Shown in pieces: positions 30,575-33,134 of a stretch of 33,134 nucleotides of DNA. Position 1 is the stretch's first letter. The number at the start of each line of letters is the position of its first letter. A program made the position numbers and the translations under genes. The stretch is from Chrysochromulina tobinii (taxonomy: Eukaryota), in the NCBI GenBank assembly GCA_001275005.1, contig JWZX01002795.1, positions 1 to 33,134 of the forward strand. The letters are read 5' to 3'. The notes beneath the pieces are model-generated. The model saw only the letters and a list, made by a program, of their open reading frames with translations. It ran no database searches and had not been told where the DNA came from.

Positions 30575-32854
30575 TCAAATCGCAAAGTACCAGGGCTTGA
30601 TGAAAATAAGGACGCTATCGATGAACGCGGCCAAGATCTGGTAGAGGATGTAACCCGCGTAAATGGCCAAATAGATCCTGCCGGCCCACTTAGGGACTTT
30701 GCCCTTGCAAACTATCAGCTGCAGAGTGAAGATGACCATGAAGATGAGCGACAGTAACAAGCATCCCTTGGTCGAGCCAGGCGCTGCGTGGAAAGCGCTG
30801 CCAGTCCCTTCCCAGTATGGGCAGAGCGCCTGGAAGCCGTCCGGGGCGTAGCAGCCGTTGCAATCCGCGTAGTTGTTCCCGTGAGAGCCGTAGCTACAGT
30901 TGCCCACATGCAGTGTGTGCATCAGCCAGATCAGGCCGAGGCCGATGCACAAGTTAAACGTGTTCGCCGCAATTGCCTGCACGCAAGCGTTGCTCCCTTG
31001 CCCAATGCGGGCCAAGTACATCGAGGCGATCATATTCGGGAAGGACGTGCCAGCGGCACCAATTGAGAGCCCCAAGAGAGAGCCGGTCAGCCCCCAGGCG
31101 CAACCCACGTAGTCGACGACCGACGTGAAGATGTAGGCAAAAATCGCCATCCACAACATTGAGAAGACCATTGAGACGAGCCAGTACTTCTGTTTGCCCG
31201 GCTGCCGCACGTCAGGCATGCACGAATAGACGAACATACGGATTGGTAGCGTGACGAAGAAGCTCACCTTGGCCAGCCTGCCGCTCGGGATGCGATACCA
31301 CGCCTCGTGATGCACCTCCTCCTCCATCCCTAGATGGAGCTTCACGCTGTTCTGCCGCGCCTTCGTCGAGCGAACTTGCACGCGGTGCTCGTCTATCTTG
31401 AGGACGAAAAGGTCGAAGCAGAGCTGCATCGTCTCCTCAGGCTCGCCTGGAGGCAGCAGCAGCCGTATCTTCTGCTTCTGCCCGTCACGCTCCCATTCGA
31501 CGCGCAACTCCTGTTGACGGACCAGCTTGATCTTGCTGAGTTGGCCGATCGGTAACGTAAAGAACGGCGACTCCGGTGCAGCGTCGGTGTGCTTGTATCT
31601 CACCGGAGCTGAGGGTTCATCGTCGATCACGAATTGGCATCCTTGAAAGCGCGCCCCGAGGCCGACCAGCTGCACCCTGCTGTAGTATGGCCGATACCTG
31701 AGCAGCGTGCCGACGAAGCCTTTTAGATGCTGTGGCCGCTCGAGCAGCCGCGCTCGGCAGTCTTGCAGCAACGTACGGAACTGTGGGTGGTCTGTGATTG
31801 AGAGTTCGGTCCGGATCGCCCCATTCGCCTTCTCGTCTGAGGGGAGAGGAGGCGCAGCTTCTTCTTCGCGTAGAGCGCGAACGTCCTCGAACGGCATGTC
31901 CGCTGTGCTCTCCGTGAGCCCATCCACCTGGACTGTCTTCGTTGCCGTCTGACGGGAGCTGAAGCAGCGCTCCAGGCGGGCTTTGATCTTGGGGAAGAGG
32001 GCGAGAAACGGGACGTAGATGAGGAAGTAGTAGAGAACCATGACGAGGGCTTCCCACCAGACGATCAACTCGTCCGCCATAAAGAAGTAGTACATTAAGA
32101 TTGCCACCAAGAGTGCTGACAGCTCGCGCCCCATCATCCAAGGGTCGACGACGATCCCGCCGGCAAAGACAGTAGCCGACGCCCCCACGATGCAATACAA
32201 GTTGAACGGGGTCGAGCCGACGACCGTGCCTATGCCGACCGTCGAGTCGGCGACGAAGACGCTGATGATCGAGGCGAAGAGCTCGGGCGCGTTGCACCCC
32301 ATCGCGAGCAGCGTCGCGCTCGCGATGTCCTCCGGGATGTGGAGCCTCTCGCAGACGACGGTGATCGACGGGACGAAGAATTCTTCGCAGACCAACGCCA
32401 TCGCGTAGAACATGTAGACGATCACGATGACCCAGACGATGCTCAGCTCTAAGTCCTGATACTTGGTCAGCGTGGGGATAATCTTGATCGCTTTGCATCC
32501 CTTGGGCGTGGTCGGATCTCCTTCGTCTTCGTAGAGCTGCATCGGAGGGGAGGAGGGGGGACACGACGCGCCCGCACACGGGGCGAGGTCTGGCGCCAAG
32601 CTGACGCTCTTGCAGATCTTCTCCAGGTTGTACCCTCGATAGTTCCGATCAGCGCGAGCCTCGAAGAGTGTGCTCCGCAGCTGACCATCAGATCCGGTCG
32701 CCGTGAAGTTGTATACGCGGGGCACGCTAAGGTAGTTATCGTTCATCTGCGCCCATGGCGCCGCCTTAATGGCGGGCGGCGCTTCGCAGAAGCGCGGCAC
32801 GCACAGCCTGCCACCGCCATCGGCGGCACCGTAGCTGCAGTCACCGGCCAGCAT
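30575..32854 (-). CDS. NCKX/SLC24-like cation/Ca2+ exchanger (CaCA superfamily) with atypical alpha repeats
   Basis: YMFYAMALVCEEFFVPSI and EDIASATLLAMGCNAPELF..GIGTVVGS (alpha-1). SCMPDVR..WLVSMVFSMLWMA and GLSIGAAGTSFPNMIAS (alpha-2). First ATG at 32854; there is no signal peptide, so an upstream exon is possible. Confidence 0.88.
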   Translation of the reverse strand: MLAGDCSYGAADGGGRLCVPRFCEAPPAIKAAPWAQMNDNYLSVPRVYNFTATGSDGQLRSTLFEARADRNYRGYNLEKICKSVSLAPDLAPCAGASCPPSSPPMQLYEDEGDPTTPKGCKAIKIIPTLTKYQDLELSIVWVIVIVYMFYAMALVCEEFFVPSITVVCERLHIPEDIASATLLAMGCNAPELFASIISVFVADSTVGIGTVVGSTPFNLYCIVGASATVFAGGIVVDPWMMGRELSALLVAILMYYFFMADELIVWWEALVMVLYYFLIYVPFLALFPKIKARLERCFSSRQTATKTVQVDGLTESTADMPFEDVRALREEEAAPPLPSDEKANGAIRTELSITDHPQFRTLLQDCRARLLERPQHLKGFVGTLLRYRPYYSRVQLVGLGARFQGCQFVIDDEPSAPVRYKHTDAAPESPFFTLPIGQLSKIKLVRQQELRVEWERDGQKQKIRLLLPPGEPEETMQLCFDLFVLKIDEHRVQVRSTKARQNSVKLHLGMEEEVHHEAWYRIPSGRLAKVSFFVTLPIRMFVYSCMPDVRQPGKQKYWLVSMVFSMLWMAIFAYIFTSVVDYVGCAWGLTGSLLGLSIGAAGTSFPNMIASMYLARIGQGSNACVQAIAANTFNLCIGLGLIWLMHTLHVGNCSYGSHGNNYADCNGCYAPDGFQALCPYWEGTGSAFHAAPGSTKGCLLLSLIFMVIFTLQLIVCKGKVPKWAGRIYLAIYAGYILYQILAAFIDSVLIFIKPWYFAI

Positions 32855-33134
32855 CGAGAACAAAGCCTTTCGAGGATGTTTTCTTGGATATTCTGAAGGA
32901 GTCTCCGGCTGGATAGAGGAATCTCGGCGGATTCCGATGTACAAATCTCCGAATTCACCGAATTACTAATGAAAAGGCTTTTTTTTGTTTTTTTTCATTA
33001 TCCGCGACGGGGCGGCTGGGGCGGTCGGGGAGCTGCTGCTGCAAACCCGCTGCTGCTGCTGTTCAACACAACGCGCACAACCTCCGGACCCCCAAGCACG
33101 AGGGCCTCTATCGCTATGGACGGAGGTGTGGCCG

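Overview
GC-rich eukaryotic nuclear DNA, gene-dense, with short GT..AG introns. It is most likely from a flagellated alga with a complex plastid, such as a haptophyte (inference from composition, intron style, an 'AF'-type presequence and gene content). I support about 16 protein-coding genes. In order: a secreted subtilisin/proteinase-K-family protease running off the left edge (missed by the ORF track), an SLC35-type transporter, a PCIF1-like NPPF methyltransferase, an ARM-repeat protein, a protein with 7 'AKAAWLAKLD' repeats, UBC9, an amino-acid transporter, kintoun/DNAAF2, a secreted SAM methyltransferase, two tandem GT-A-like glycosyltransferase units, a lectin-like/PhyH/CUE fusion, an RP2/TBCC protein ending in CaaX, mitochondrial ATP synthase beta, a calmodulin-like protein, a METTL21-family methyltransferase and a non-canonical NCKX-like exchanger. 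The best candidates for new biology are the methyltransferase/glycosyltransferase/dioxygenase block (15.9-22.6 kb), the exchanger with altered ion-binding residues, the PCIF1 with a UBA-like domain instead of WW, and the repeat protein. No rRNA, tRNA or CRISPR array was seen. All assignments come from motif recognition by eye; no searches were run.
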